From Lentibacillus sp. (GTDB lineage Bacteria; Bacillota; Bacilli; Bacillales; Amphibacillaceae), in NCBI RefSeq assembly GCF_035301675.1, contig NZ_DATGTT010000017.1, positions 1,662-65,661 of the forward strand: a DNA stretch of 64,000 bases, written 5' to 3'. A model generated the notes under the pieces. The model did not search any database and had not been told where the DNA came from. It saw nothing but the letters and a program-made list of their open reading frames with translations. The number at the start of each line of letters is the position of its first letter. Within the stretch, counting starts at the first letter, position 1. Positions 1 through 10,011 of the stretch are shown here, one piece after another. A program made the position numbers and the translations under genes.

Positions 1-351
1 TCATTTGCGCTGATACTGATTTTTGTCGGGTTTGCTGTAATGTACGGCGGGATTTTGTCCAGAAAAATTGAGTGGCTCATGCTGACACTTTTTTTGCTCG
101 GTGTTGTGTTTATTCTGTTAAGCTGTGTGGTTTACTTCTGGATCGGGATGCTCTCAACGAAAGCTGTCCCGATTATTTGTCCAAGCTGTGAAAAACCGAC
201 AAAAATGCTTGGGAAAGTCGATGCCTGCATGCACTGCAAACAACCGCTGACACTTGATAAAGATTTGGAAGGCTTCGAATTTGATGAAAGATACAATAAA
301 CGCAAATTTCGGGATGAAGCAAAAACCAAAATAAAAAATAACCAACAGTAA
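1..351 (+). CDS. ygzB: YgzB (DUF2614) family membrane/zinc-ribbon protein, 5'-truncated by window edge
   Basis: Frame open from base 1; TM segments then CPSCEKPTKMLGKVDACMHCKQPLTLD; convergent with perR as in Bacillus. Confidence 0.85.
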   Translation, partial: SFALILIFVGFAVMYGGILSRKIEWLMLTLFLLGVVFILLSCVVYFWIGMLSTKAVPIICPSCEKPTKMLGKVDACMHCKQPLTLDKDLEGFEFDERYNKRKFRDEAKTKIKNNQQ

Positions 352-530
352 AGTGAAACTTCATTCAGTGGGGCGCTTTTTCCCACTGAATGTTAGTTGA
401 ACAGAATCGGGCATTTATGGGCAGTTAGCCGCCGGTTTTGGGCGGGTTACTGCCCATTAGATGCGGGGTAAAGTGAAACTTCATTCAGTGGGACGCTTCC
501 CCCCCTGAATGTAAGTAGAACGAATCGGAC
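349..530 (+). repeat. Family A palindromic interspersed repeat, about 1.5 tandem units
   Basis: TAAAGTGAAACTTCATTCAGTGGG at 349 and 468; hairpins CATTCAGTGGG/CCCACTGAATG and ATGGGCAGT/ACTGCCCAT; related pieces at 25630 and 57058. Confidence 0.85.
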
Positions 531-550
531 CTTAACAGAATAAATAGACA

Positions 551-586
551 TAAAAATCCAGCCTGTCTGAACAGGCTGGATTTTTA
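551..586. terminator. Bidirectional intrinsic terminator between ygzB and perR
   Basis: TAAAAATCCAGCCTGT-ctga-ACAGGCTGGATTTTTA. Confidence 0.85.
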
Positions 587-607
587 TGCCTTTTATGCCA
601 TGAATTA

Positions 608-1057
608 TTAATGCTTTTGCGTTTCCGGCTGCTGGCATTCCTCACATTCACCGTAAATCTCCATTCGGTGATGACTGACATCAAAACCGGTTACCTGTTC
701 AGCCAGCGATTCAACTTCATCCAGAGTCGGGTAATGGAAATCCTGAATTTTGCCGCATTTTTCGCAAATAATATGATAATGTTCACTTGAGTTATAATCA
801 AAACGGCTGGATGAGTCACCGTAAGTCAATTCCCGTACAAGTCCGATTTTCCGCAACACACGCAAATTGTTGTAAACCGTTGCAACACTCATGTTTGGGA
901 ATTTGCCTTCAAGGGCTTTATATATGTCATCGGCTGTCGGGTGAATCATTGAGTTAAGAAGGTACTCAAGAACCGCATGACGTTGTGGTGTTATACGTAC
1001 GCCAGAATCTCTGAGTGTATCGATTGCTTCCTGCAATTTATTATCAGACACCGTCAT
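608..1057 (-). CDS. perR: Peroxide-responsive repressor PerR (Fur family)
   Basis: [54 protein letters not shown], CxxC; start moved to ATG 1057 after RBS. Confidence 0.95.
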   Translation of the reverse strand: MTVSDNKLQEAIDTLRDSGVRITPQRHAVLEYLLNSMIHPTADDIYKALEGKFPNMSVATVYNNLRVLRKIGLVRELTYGDSSSRFDYNSSEHYHIICEKCGKIQDFHYPTLDEVESLAEQVTGFDVSHHRMEIYGECEECQQPETQKH

Positions 1058-1103
1058 GCACCCCACTTTCAATATTTATTCGATTTAAAGCTATATTATT
1101 ATA

Positions 1104-1152
1104 TTATAATTCTTATAATTAAAGTCTACCCGCTAAACCTGCTTGCTGTCAA
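1104..1152 (-). promoter_or_regulatory. Per box (1104-1118) and sigma-A promoter of perR
   Basis: TTATAATTCTTATAA is one mismatch from TTATAATNATTATAA; TTGACA(1152-1147)-18 bp-TAGACT on minus strand. Confidence 0.75.
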
Positions 1153-1235
1153 TAAAAGTATATTACCAATTTGTCTATATTATTAATGAATCTTAAAAAG
1201 AGCGATACCATTTTTGGATAATCGCTCTTTCTTCG

Positions 1236-1796
1236 TTAAATATCTGCTTTCAGTGGTGTTTCTTTTCCCCCAAGGGCCTGATTAACATACCTTGCCGCCA
1301 CAAATAAAAAATCGGAAAGTCTGTTCAAGTAAGATATAACCAGCGGGTTAACCTCCTCCTGTTCATTCAGCGCTATCGCCGTTCGCTCCGCCCGCCTTGC
1401 AACCGTTCGCGCGGCATGGAGTGAACTTGAAGCGGAATGTCCCGATGGCAGAATAAAGTTATGCAGCATTTCCAGGTGCTTATCCCAGGCATCCATCTGC
1501 TTCTCAAGTTCATCGATATGTTCCTGCTTCAGTTTCCAGGCTACTTCCCTGTCTTTCGGAGTCGCAAGTTCCGCCCCCACGTGAAACAAAATCGTCTGAC
1601 TGCGATGCATTTGTTCCATAAACGGGACCTTAGCCGTCCATTCTTCCTTATCGAGAAAGCTGAGCGCAAGACCAATCATCGAATTAGCCTCATCACATGT
1701 GCCATACGCTTCCACACGCAGATCATTTTTAGGCACGCGTTCCCCATAGATTAAAGATGTCTTCCCTTTGTCACCTTTCCTCGTATAAATACGCAT
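1236..1796 (-). CDS. PduO-type ATP:cob(I)alamin adenosyltransferase
   Basis: IYTRKGDKGKTSL, RVEAYGTCDEANS, RTVARRAER, YLNRLSDFLFVAAR. Confidence 0.93.
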   Translation of the reverse strand: MRIYTRKGDKGKTSLIYGERVPKNDLRVEAYGTCDEANSMIGLALSFLDKEEWTAKVPFMEQMHRSQTILFHVGAELATPKDREVAWKLKQEHIDELEKQMDAWDKHLEMLHNFILPSGHSASSSLHAARTVARRAERTAIALNEQEEVNPLVISYLNRLSDFLFVAARYVNQALGGKETPLKADI

Positions 1797-1798
1797 CC

Positions 1799-2749
1799 TT
1801 AATACCCCCTTGTGACATCCATTTTATTCACGTAATCTGTTCCGCCGTTTAAATAAGTTTGCAGATTCTCCTCAAAAATCTCCAGCGCCCGCTTCTGGTA
1901 AAACGGAGAGACACCAGATAAATGCGGTGTTACGGTCACATTCTCTTCCTGCCAGAACGGATGATCTTCCAGAAGCGGCTCTTCTTCAAAAACATCCAAT
2001 ACCGCATGAGCCAGTTCACCTTCGCGCACCGCTTTTAAAATCGTTTTTTCCTGTACAACATCCCCGCGCCCCATGTTTAAAAAAACGGTATGGTCCGGCA
2101 TTATCCGGAAATGATCATAAGTGAAAAAGTGCTTTGTTTCCGATGTGCTCGGGAGAACCGAGACAACATAGTCCGTCCCCGGCAGTACACTTTCAAGTTC
2201 ATCCTGTTTGACGGTCCGGTCAAAATATTCCACGGAACGTCCGCTTCTGGACACGCCATTAACATTCATCCGAAATGCTCTGGCAAGGCGTGCCACCTCC
2301 TGTCCGATCGCCCCCGTACCGGCGATGAGCATCGTCTTCCCCGTCATTTCCTGCATACGTACCGAACGATCCCATTTATTCGCTTTTTCGTTTTCCATCA
2401 TTTGCTTCGCCTGACGGTTGACTTGCAGCAGCATGGAAATTGCATATTCCGCCATCGGATATTTATGGATGCCCCTTGCATTCGTCACCATAATATTCCG
2501 ATCATTGATTACTTTAAACGGCATTTTGTCAACGCCGGCAGATAGCACCATAATCCATTTCAGCCGAGAAGCCTCATCGATCAATTCATCGGTAAGGTCC
2601 TCACCGAACGTCATCAAAATTTGCGCATTATCTATATGCTGCCTGGCCTCATCCATATCTCTGCTAAAAATAAATGTTGAGTCAGGATAGCGTTCGCGAA
2701 GTCTGGTCCGATGTTTTTTTGAAATCTTTGCTGATGATAAGATATTCAA
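1799..2749 (-). CDS. D-2-hydroxyacid dehydrogenase family protein
   Basis: GTGAIG Rossmann motif, NMGRG, LDVFEEEPL, TPHLSG. Confidence 0.92.
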   Translation of the reverse strand: MNILSSAKISKKHRTRLRERYPDSTFIFSRDMDEARQHIDNAQILMTFGEDLTDELIDEASRLKWIMVLSAGVDKMPFKVINDRNIMVTNARGIHKYPMAEYAISMLLQVNRQAKQMMENEKANKWDRSVRMQEMTGKTMLIAGTGAIGQEVARLARAFRMNVNGVSRSGRSVEYFDRTVKQDELESVLPGTDYVVSVLPSTSETKHFFTYDHFRIMPDHTVFLNMGRGDVVQEKTILKAVREGELAHAVLDVFEEEPLLEDHPFWQEENVTVTPHLSGVSPFYQKRALEIFEENLQTYLNGGTDYVNKMDVTRGY

Positions 2750-2878
2750 GCAAATCCCCCCTGCTGTGTCTAATGTTTATCTTAACCATTTTCATGTGGA
2801 AGTTCCATTACTCGACAGCCTGCTTTAATGTATGAAAAAATAAATTTCAATTATCAGGAGATTGCAGCGGGATTACAT

Positions 2879-2916
2879 AAACGGGGCAGTTCGTTTAATA
2901 TGAACTGCCCCGCTTT
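2879..2916. terminator. Intrinsic terminator of bcp
   Basis: CGGGGCAGTTC-loop-GAACTGCCCCG with A/T flanks. Confidence 0.75.
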
Positions 2917-2918
2917 CA

Positions 2919-3359
2919 TTAACTCGCTTCCCGTAAGTATTCAAGTGCTTCTTCCACGTGACCTTCCACTTTCACTTTGCGGAATTCTTTCTGCAGATTG
3001 CCTTCTTTGTCGATGATGAAAGTGGAACGTTCAATCCCGCCATTCCATACACCGTAGTCTTCCGCTGTTTTGTGATCCTCATCCGCCAGAAGCATAAATG
3101 GCAAATCATGTTTGTCTATAAACTTCTGATGGCTTTCGACCGGATCCGGACTGACCCCGATGATAACTGCATCCAGATCACTGAATTTTTCCTTGTTATC
3201 CCGGAAGTCACACGCTTCATTTGTACAGCCTGGTGTCATATCTTTCGGATAAAAATAGAGGACAACATTCTGACCTTTATAGTCTGACAGGCTGACTTGC
3301 TTGCCGTACTGATTTTGCAATGTGAAATCCGGTGCTTGTTTACCTTCTTCTGCACGCAT
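2919..3359 (-). CDS. bcp: Thioredoxin-dependent thiol peroxidase BCP
   Basis: YFYPKDMTPGCTNEACDFRD, GVSPD, ERSTFIID. Confidence 0.95.
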   Translation of the reverse strand: MRAEEGKQAPDFTLQNQYGKQVSLSDYKGQNVVLYFYPKDMTPGCTNEACDFRDNKEKFSDLDAVIIGVSPDPVESHQKFIDKHDLPFMLLADEDHKTAEDYGVWNGGIERSTFIIDKEGNLQKEFRKVKVEGHVEEALEYLREAS

Positions 3360-3441
3360 CGATATTCCTCCTTAATAGAAATTGTCGATTGTGTGTTAAA
3401 TGAAAGGATATTCCGAACTTTTGAATATCCCAATATGTCCA

Positions 3442-3894
3442 CTATAGCATATCTTTTTTTCTGTCTCTATCATCCTGATTGTTCTGCACAAGTTTTAATA
3501 CAAAGGCTGTTGGCAAAACATACCCGATCAGCGCCTGAACAAGTGCGATCAGTCTGCCGATTCCAATCGGCGTAATATCACCATAGCCAATCGTCAGAAG
3601 CGTGACCCCGCTGAAGTAAAAGGAATGGATTAATGAACCGACTACGCTTACTTCGCGCAGTTCCCCACCTTCAACCAATAAAATATGATTCATCGACAGC
3701 ACAAAATAGATCAGGCCAAAACCAAAAATGACAATCAAATAAATCATCAGCAATGTATAAAAAAGTTCAGCAGAAAAACGGCTGTCGCGCATTTGCATAC
3801 GACCGCGCAGCCTGCCGCCTCTGATAAAATCAATAATGCTGATTGTTACAAGAGTAGTAATACCCAAAGTAACCATCCACGAAATGATATCCAT
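3442..3894 (-). CDS. Potassium channel family protein (pore-only, Ion_trans_2-like)
   Basis: YFSGVTLLTIGYGDITP selectivity filter between TM helices. Confidence 0.88.
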   Translation of the reverse strand: MDIISWMVTLGITTLVTISIIDFIRGGRLRGRMQMRDSRFSAELFYTLLMIYLIVIFGFGLIYFVLSMNHILLVEGGELREVSVVGSLIHSFYFSGVTLLTIGYGDITPIGIGRLIALVQALIGYVLPTAFVLKLVQNNQDDRDRKKDML

Positions 3895-4020
3895 AGTATC
3901 CCCGCCCTATTGTGAGCATATGCTCATCCACCTGCTGAATTGCCATTTATTTTTCGTGACCCATCCAATCGGGTATAATCAGAATTGGAATTAATGTAAT
4001 CATTTTGGGAGGCATTATCA

Positions 4021-5328
4021 ATGAATTTCTCAACATCGGAAGCATTGCACGAAGAAGCACTCGACCATATTGTCGGCGGAGTGAACTCACCGTCACGAGC
4101 CTATAAAGGAGTCGGAGGCGGCACACCGGTTTACATGGAACGGGGCAAAGGTGCCTATTTCTGGGATGTCGACGGCAACAAATATATTGATTATTTGGGG
4201 GCATACGGGCCGATTATCACCGGGCATGCCCACCCGCATATCGCCGAGGCAATTACATATGCAGCAAACAATGGCGTGTTGTACGGAACCCCGACAAAAC
4301 TTGAAAATAAGTTTGCCAAAAAGCTGAAAGAAGCTATACCTTCATTGGAAAAAGTGCGGTTCACGAATTCGGGAACGGAAGCGGTTATGACCACAGTCCG
4401 GATTGCCCGCGCTTATACCCGACGAAATAAAGTAATCAAATTTTCCGGCAGCTATCACGGCCATTTTGATTCGGTCCTGGTTGAAGCGGGTTCGGGCCCG
4501 GCAACATTAGGAACACCTGACTCGGCAGGGATTCCGGAATCAGTTGCTGAAGATGTGATTACCGTCCCATTTAATGACCTGGAAACATTCCACCAGGCAA
4601 TGGAACGCTGGGGTGATGAGGTTGCAGCCGTACTAGTCGAACCGATTGTCGGCAACTTCGGCATTGTTGAGCCGAATGATGGGTTCCTGCAGGGCGTGAA
4701 CGATGTATCACATGATGCCGGCGCACTTGTCATCTATGATGAAGTGATTACCGCATTTCGGTTCACATACGGCAGTTCACAGCAGATTCATGGCGTTGAG
4801 CCTGATATGACTGCCCTAGGCAAAATCATCGGCGGCGGACTGCCAATCGGGGCGTACGGCGGCCGTAAAGATATTATGGAACAAGTGGCACCGCTCGGTC
4901 CTGCATATCAGGCCGGAACGATGGCAGGAAACCCTGCCTCAATGGCATCAGGTATTGCTTGCCTGGAGGTACTCGGAGAAGACGGTGTTTATGAAAAACT
5001 GGATCAGCTTGGTGAGCGTCTCGAAAATGGCATTTTAGCTAAAGCATCCGAATCAGGAATACCTATTTCTCTAAACCGGGTTTGCGGTGCCCTTACTGTT
5101 TATTTTGGCAAAGACACCGTTGAGAATTACGAACAGGCTGATGCCAGCAATGGTGACGCATTTGCCCGGTTCTTCCACCTGATGCTTGAACAGGGCATTA
5201 ACCTGGCCCCATCCAAGTTTGAAGCATGGTTTTTGACGACCGAGCATTCTGAAGCAGACATCGATGTAACTATTGAAGCTGCCGGTAAAGCTTTTGCAGT
5301 TATGGCGAAAGATTCAGATCGAGCATAA
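4021..5328 (+). CDS. gsaB: Glutamate-1-semialdehyde 2,1-aminomutase 2
   Basis: [40 protein letters not shown]; yga-region synteny. Confidence 0.93.
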   Translation: MNFSTSEALHEEALDHIVGGVNSPSRAYKGVGGGTPVYMERGKGAYFWDVDGNKYIDYLGAYGPIITGHAHPHIAEAITYAANNGVLYGTPTKLENKFAKKLKEAIPSLEKVRFTNSGTEAVMTTVRIARAYTRRNKVIKFSGSYHGHFDSVLVEAGSGPATLGTPDSAGIPESVAEDVITVPFNDLETFHQAMERWGDEVAAVLVEPIVGNFGIVEPNDGFLQGVNDVSHDAGALVIYDEVITAFRFTYGSSQQIHGVEPDMTALGKIIGGGLPIGAYGGRKDIMEQVAPLGPAYQAGTMAGNPASMASGIACLEVLGEDGVYEKLDQLGERLENGILAKASESGIPISLNRVCGALTVYFGKDTVENYEQADASNGDAFARFFHLMLEQGINLAPSKFEAWFLTTEHSEADIDVTIEAAGKAFAVMAKDSDRA

Positions 5329-5391
5329 AAGTCTTTTCTTAAAGTCATAAAGACACTCGCGTTGGAGAAATCGGTTCCTGCCGAGGATAAA

Positions 5392-5684
5392 GAGGTTGAG
5401 ACATAAATAAAATGTTCAATACTAAAGACGAATAACGACCAGAAGATTTAAGTATAATGTTCGGATAAATCTTAACCATCGCTGTGGAAAAAGAACACTT
5501 CGTTTTCCGGGGCGGCTGATGAGCCTAAGCTCCCCCAGGTATATCAGCATTTTTCCTCCGCTGGTTTTGGTGGAAATCCATTATACTATAAAAAGAAAAA
5601 TCCAAACTGATTCGAAATCTAATTGATGAATTTTGAATCATAGTTCGGATTTTTCTTTAATTTAAAGACTTCTAGCCCAACCAC
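5392..5684 (-). mobile_element. Family B MITE-like element, degenerate
   Basis: Reverse-complement match to the 43573-43900 element; starts GAGGTTGAGACATAA; internal deletion of the central hairpin. Confidence 0.75.
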
Positions 5685-5698
5685 TTCACCAACAACTA

Positions 5699-7450
5699 TC
5701 ATGCTCCATCCAAATTTTGTACCTGATACAGATCGTAATAGTGACCTTTTCGTGCCATCAGTTCGTTGTGTGATCCAGCTTCTTTAATTTCGCCATCTTC
5801 AATATGAACAATCCGGTCTGCATGAGTGATTGTTGCAAGACGATGTGCGACAATGAATGTCGTTCGATCGGAAGCAAGCCGTTCCATCGCTTCCTGAATA
5901 ATATGCTCACTTTCCAGGTCGAGCGCTGAGGTTGCCTCATCAAAAATCAGGATAGGCGGATTTTTCAAAAACACCCTGGCAATGGCAACACGCTGCTTCT
6001 GACCGCCGGAAAGTTTGACACCACGCTCACCGACCATAGTATCGTAGCCTTCGTATAATTCTTGAATGAAATCATGGGCATTTGCCGCTTTAGCAGCTTC
6101 GACCACTTCCTCATCGGTTGCATCAGGATTACCCATTCGAATATTCATGGCGATTGACTCACTGAATAATATATTGTCCTGTAAAACCATGCCGATATTA
6201 TCACGCAATGAACGGGCTTTTACATCACGAATATCGGTTCCATCCACTTTGATCGATCCGCCCGTCACATCATAGAAGCGCGGGATCAGACTAATCAGTG
6301 TTGATTTGCCACCGCCGCTCATGCCGACGAACGCGATTGTTTCGCCGCTTTTAACATGAAGGGAGACGTCCCTCAGAACTTGCGCCTCCTCATCTTCATA
6401 CTTGAACGACACATGTTCAATATCAATTTTCCCGTCAACACGTCCCAGCGCTTTAGCATCCCCTTTATCAACGATATCGTACGTTTCATTCATCAATTCA
6501 AACACACGATCAATTGAGGCAATCGACTGAGTCAGCACTGTCGAAGAACTGATCAAACGACGCAGCGGGCTGTATACCCGTTCCATATAGCCGGAAAAAG
6601 CTACCATGGTACCGACTGTTACGTTGCCTTGAATCACCTGATAGCCGGCAAACCCAATGACCAATAATGGCGCCAGGTCCGTTACGGTGTTCATGACTGC
6701 AAACGTTTTGGCGTTCCAGTTGGTATGATTAAGCGCTTTGTGCAGAAAGTTGGCATTTCGTGAATCAAATTGTCCCTGCTCATAATCTTCAAGCGCGAAA
6801 CTTCTTGTCACCGGAATGCCCTGGACACGTTCATGCAAATGCCCCTGCACTTCAGCAAGTGATTGCGAACGCTCCCGTGTCAGCCTTCTGAGTCTTCCAT
6901 AGAAATACTTAACACAAAATCCGAATATCGGGAACAAGATGATGGCGACAATTGTCAGGCCGACATCCATTGTCAGCATAATGCAAATTGCGATTAAAAT
7001 GGTGATCATATCAAGCCATATATTCATGAGCCCTGTTACCACAAAGGTTTTCGTTTGTTCGACATCATGTATTACCCGGGAAATAATTTCCCCGGTTTTT
7101 GTCTGAGAATAGAATCTCAGGCTCAGTTTTTGGATGTGGTCAAACAGTTTATCCCTGACGTCATACAGGATGGTGTTTCCGACCCATTGCGCCAGGTATT
7201 GTCGAAAGTATTCAATCGGAGGACGCAAGAGAAGAAAGACGATAAACGCTCCCCCCATCAGCCAGAACAGCTGCTCAAGCCTGGCTGAATCCGTCATCCC
7301 CTCCGCATTGATGATATTGTCAATCACATATTTTAGAATCAATGGAATGAGGAGAGGAATGCCGAATTTCAGAATTCCGACAGAAACCGTTATAACGATT
7401 TTCCATTTATATGGTTTGACGAACTGTAAATACTGTTTAATACTGCTCAT
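5699..7450 (-). CDS. ygaD: Sav1866/YgaD-like fused ABC exporter (TMD+NBD)
   Basis: Six-TM domain, [24 protein letters not shown]; synteny. Confidence 0.9.
   Translation of the reverse strand: MSSIKQYLQFVKPYKWKIVITVSVGILKFGIPLLIPLILKYVIDNIINAEGMTDSARLEQLFWLMGGAFIVFLLLRPPIEYFRQYLAQWVGNTILYDVRDKLFDHIQKLSLRFYSQTKTGEIISRVIHDVEQTKTFVVTGLMNIWLDMITILIAICIMLTMDVGLTIVAIILFPIFGFCVKYFYGRLRRLTRERSQSLAEVQGHLHERVQGIPVTRSFALEDYEQGQFDSRNANFLHKALNHTNWNAKTFAVMNTVTDLAPLLVIGFAGYQVIQGNVTVGTMVAFSGYMERVYSPLRRLISSSTVLTQSIASIDRVFELMNETYDIVDKGDAKALGRVDGKIDIEHVSFKYEDEEAQVLRDVSLHVKSGETIAFVGMSGGGKSTLISLIPRFYDVTGGSIKVDGTDIRDVKARSLRDNIGMVLQDNILFSESIAMNIRMGNPDATDEEVVEAAKAANAHDFIQELYEGYDTMVGERGVKLSGGQKQRVAIARVFLKNPPILIFDEATSALDLESEHIIQEAMERLASDRTTFIVAHRLATITHADRIVHIEDGEIKEAGSHNELMARKGHYYDLYQVQNLDGA
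7070..7085. promoter_or_regulatory. Candidate Noc-binding site (NBS)
   Basis: TATTACCCGGGAAATA, one mismatch from TATTTCCCGGGAAATA. Confidence 0.45.
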
Positions 7451-7474
7451 AACTTCGCTTCCTTAATATATAAT

Positions 7475-7631
7475 AGTGCGTGTTCAAAAAGGTGAGTAAA
7501 AAGGACCAAAAAGTTCGAGACGGCGAAGCTTTGAGCAACGTAGTGTATGTACTTAAATACACGAGTAGCGAAAAGCAACCCAACGAAGAAATTCGAAGTG
7601 CCATTTTTACCGGGCTTTTTGAACAACCTCA
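7475..7631 (+). mobile_element. Family C MITE
   Basis: TIR cores TGTTCAAAAAG ... CTTTTTGAACA; homologous copies at 25538, 32132, 37407. Confidence 0.82.
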
Positions 7632-7741
7632 AATAGCTAACCAATGAAAAGCCCTTGCTACATTTGTAACAAGGATCGATCAATTTCACACTCATTAAAT
7701 TATAAGACGATTCGGTCGTGTTAATCAATTAATTGGATTTA

Positions 7742-8269
7742 TTATTGATACGTCAAATACCGTTCATACCATTGATCAATGAACCCCCCTGAAAAAGGTC
7801 CTTTCCGCTGTCTGATCCATCCTGTCAGATAATCAATATTCCGGTACAAAATACGGTCCATCGCACTCGGATAATTCATCTGAGCTTTATGCTCTTCATA
7901 CTCGTCCTCATCCAACAAATCAAATGTCATATCCGGATATACCTTGATATCGAGATCATAATCAATATATTTCAGTGCTTCGTGGTCAAAAATGAAGGGG
8001 GAGCTAATATTACAATAGTAATAAATGCCATCATTACGGAGCATGCCGATAATATTAAACCAATACTCTGAATGGAAATAGCAAATAGCGGGTTCTCTGG
8101 TTATCCAGGTCCTGCCGTCGCTTTCTTTCACCTTTGTTTTGTCATTTGCACCGATGACAACCATCTCAGTCCCCTTCAGCACAAGCGTGTTTTCCCATAT
8201 ACGATGCAGCCGCCCATTATGTTTAAAACTATGTATTTGTATGGTTGATCCTGATTTCGGACCGGGCAT
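7742..8269 (-). CDS. ntdP: Nucleoside tri/diphosphate phosphatase (YgaC, DUF402)
   Basis: [39 protein letters not shown]; start at ATG 8269. Confidence 0.93.
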   Translation of the reverse strand: MPGPKSGSTIQIHSFKHNGRLHRIWENTLVLKGTEMVVIGANDKTKVKESDGRTWITREPAICYFHSEYWFNIIGMLRNDGIYYYCNISSPFIFDHEALKYIDYDLDIKVYPDMTFDLLDEDEYEEHKAQMNYPSAMDRILYRNIDYLTGWIRQRKGPFSGGFIDQWYERYLTYQ

Positions 8270-8427
8270 CCTATCTCTCCTAACCAAACTTGTTTATGAT
8301 ATCCTCAGTGATTTTATTGAAAAACCTTTATTATTTCATTATAAGTTCAACCGTAAAAATTAACAAAAGAAAAAGAGCTCCCTAGGGAAGAGAGCTCTTT
8401 AACGTCTGAAATTCGGGGGTCGCTCAA

Positions 8428-8604
8428 TTATTTCTTTTTTTGCTTTGATTGTTGGTTCTGCTTTCTGACTTCCTGTGCGTTTGTTTCAGATGCAAATTCA
8501 GTGCCGTACTGACCTTGCCCTTGCTGTGCCTGTTGGTTTTGCTGTTTTACCTTTTGCACGTTGGTACCAGCAGATGTTTTGTTGGGCTGTTGTTTTTTAG
8601 CCAT
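8428..8604 (-). CDS. sspE: Gamma-type small acid-soluble spore protein
   Basis: Q/N-rich 58 aa with TEFASET GPR cleavage motif; GGAGGTGA RBS. Confidence 0.92.
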   Translation of the reverse strand: MAKKQQPNKTSAGTNVQKVKQQNQQAQQGQGQYGTEFASETNAQEVRKQNQQSKQKKK

Positions 8605-8727
8605 CAGTATCACCTCCGCAGTTATTACTTTTTCCATTTTGAACGCTGTTATCCACACTAACCAAAGTTAAAATCAGCATTTTCAGGCATAAAATGGAAA
8701 AAGCCATAATACCTGCGTCTGCGCAAT

Positions 8728-9795
8728 TCAGGTAATATACCGCATCATTTTTTGATGGGATACGGGAAAAGGGTACTCCTCCAATTCGTCGCGGCTTACG
8801 AATCGTACGCGCTTATCTTCTGTCTCTTTACTCGGTGTCGTTGCCGCTACAATTTCCAGCTGCCAGATAATATGGGAAAAAACGTGCTTGAGATCACCCT
8901 TTTTATCTGACAGTTCAACATCGATTCCATATTCCATTTCAAACCAGTTCACCATATGGTCTTTGCCAATTTCAGCAATAGGCACCATTGGAAACTGCCA
9001 TAAATTGGCCAACAGACCGTTTTCTGGTCGTTTTTCAATCAGATACTCGCCTCTTTCATTATGGATTAACAATACCGTATAAGGAATTTTTTTCTGTTTT
9101 TTCGCTTTTGACTTGATTGGCAGCTCCTGTTCCATCCCTTCCTGAAACGCTCTGCAATGTTTCTGAACCGGACAGAACATGCACATTGGTTCTTTAGGCG
9201 TACAAATCAGTGCCCCCAGTTCCATAATCCCCTGGTTAAACGAAGATGGATCATCATGTGATATAAGTTCACTCGCATAACCTTCAAATTGTTTTTTAAC
9301 CTTTGACTGGGCGATATCGTCTTCTATTTTTAAAACACGTGAAAGAACCCGCATGACATTTCCGTCTACGGCAGGCTCAGGCTGATTAAACGCAATCGAC
9401 AAAATCGCACCTTTTGTGTATGGTCCGATGCCTTTAAGTTTTCCTAATTGTTTTGGGTCATCAGGCACTTCACCGCCATATGCTGCTTCAACTTCCCGGA
9501 CTGCGGTTTGCAAGTTGCGTACACGGGAATAATATCCCAGACCTTCCCACGACTTTAAAACATCCTGCTCCTCTGCATATGCTAAATCATACAGGGTTGG
9601 ATATTTTGAAATAAACCGTTGAAAATAAGGGATAACAGTATCCACCCGGGTCTGCTGCAGCATAATTTCTGAAACCCAGACCTTATATGGATCCTGATCT
9701 TGCCGCCATGGCAGATCACGTTTGTTGGATTGATACCATTCAATTAACTTTTCCTGAAAACTGTAAATGTCGAAATTCTGTAATATTCCAGTCAT
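8728..9795 (-). CDS. mutY: A/G-specific adenine glycosylase
   Basis: WVSEIMLQQT, GLGYYSR, HhH LKGIGPYT, VDGNVMRV, CTPKEPMCMFCPVQKHC Fe-S motif. Confidence 0.97.
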   Translation of the reverse strand: MTGILQNFDIYSFQEKLIEWYQSNKRDLPWRQDQDPYKVWVSEIMLQQTRVDTVIPYFQRFISKYPTLYDLAYAEEQDVLKSWEGLGYYSRVRNLQTAVREVEAAYGGEVPDDPKQLGKLKGIGPYTKGAILSIAFNQPEPAVDGNVMRVLSRVLKIEDDIAQSKVKKQFEGYASELISHDDPSSFNQGIMELGALICTPKEPMCMFCPVQKHCRAFQEGMEQELPIKSKAKKQKKIPYTVLLIHNERGEYLIEKRPENGLLANLWQFPMVPIAEIGKDHMVNWFEMEYGIDVELSDKKGDLKHVFSHIIWQLEIVAATTPSKETEDKRVRFVSRDELEEYPFPVSHQKMMRYIT

Positions 9796-10011
9796 TTTGT
9801 TACACCCTTTATGTTACAATTAAAAAAGAACGGGAATGATTCCCATAAAAAAGCTTAAGTCGGATTTTTGACACTTTATACTTTTATAACGATAAGCGTA
9901 TGATTTGCTTAAAGCAATAATTTTTAATATAAGATGACATGTATGTTTTTCAATCACTCAAGTTAAACAAAAAATAAACATCATGAATCCTATTGAGGAG
10001 GAATTCACCTT

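Noticed and set aside
1573-1588. parS-like CACGTGAAACA
   Set aside because: Only one half-site matches; it lies inside a CDS
7447-7728. Short ORFs over intergenic repeats (also 447-638, 21109-21411, 28028-28366, 38646-38846, 14663-14893)
   Set aside because: They coincide with MITEs, tandem arrays or the DnaA-box cluster; likely spurious
8650-8658. Perfect single DnaA box upstream of sspE
   Set aside because: Isolated, and overlaps a plausible forespore sigma-F/G promoter (GGATA...GGAAAAAGTA); chance match is likely
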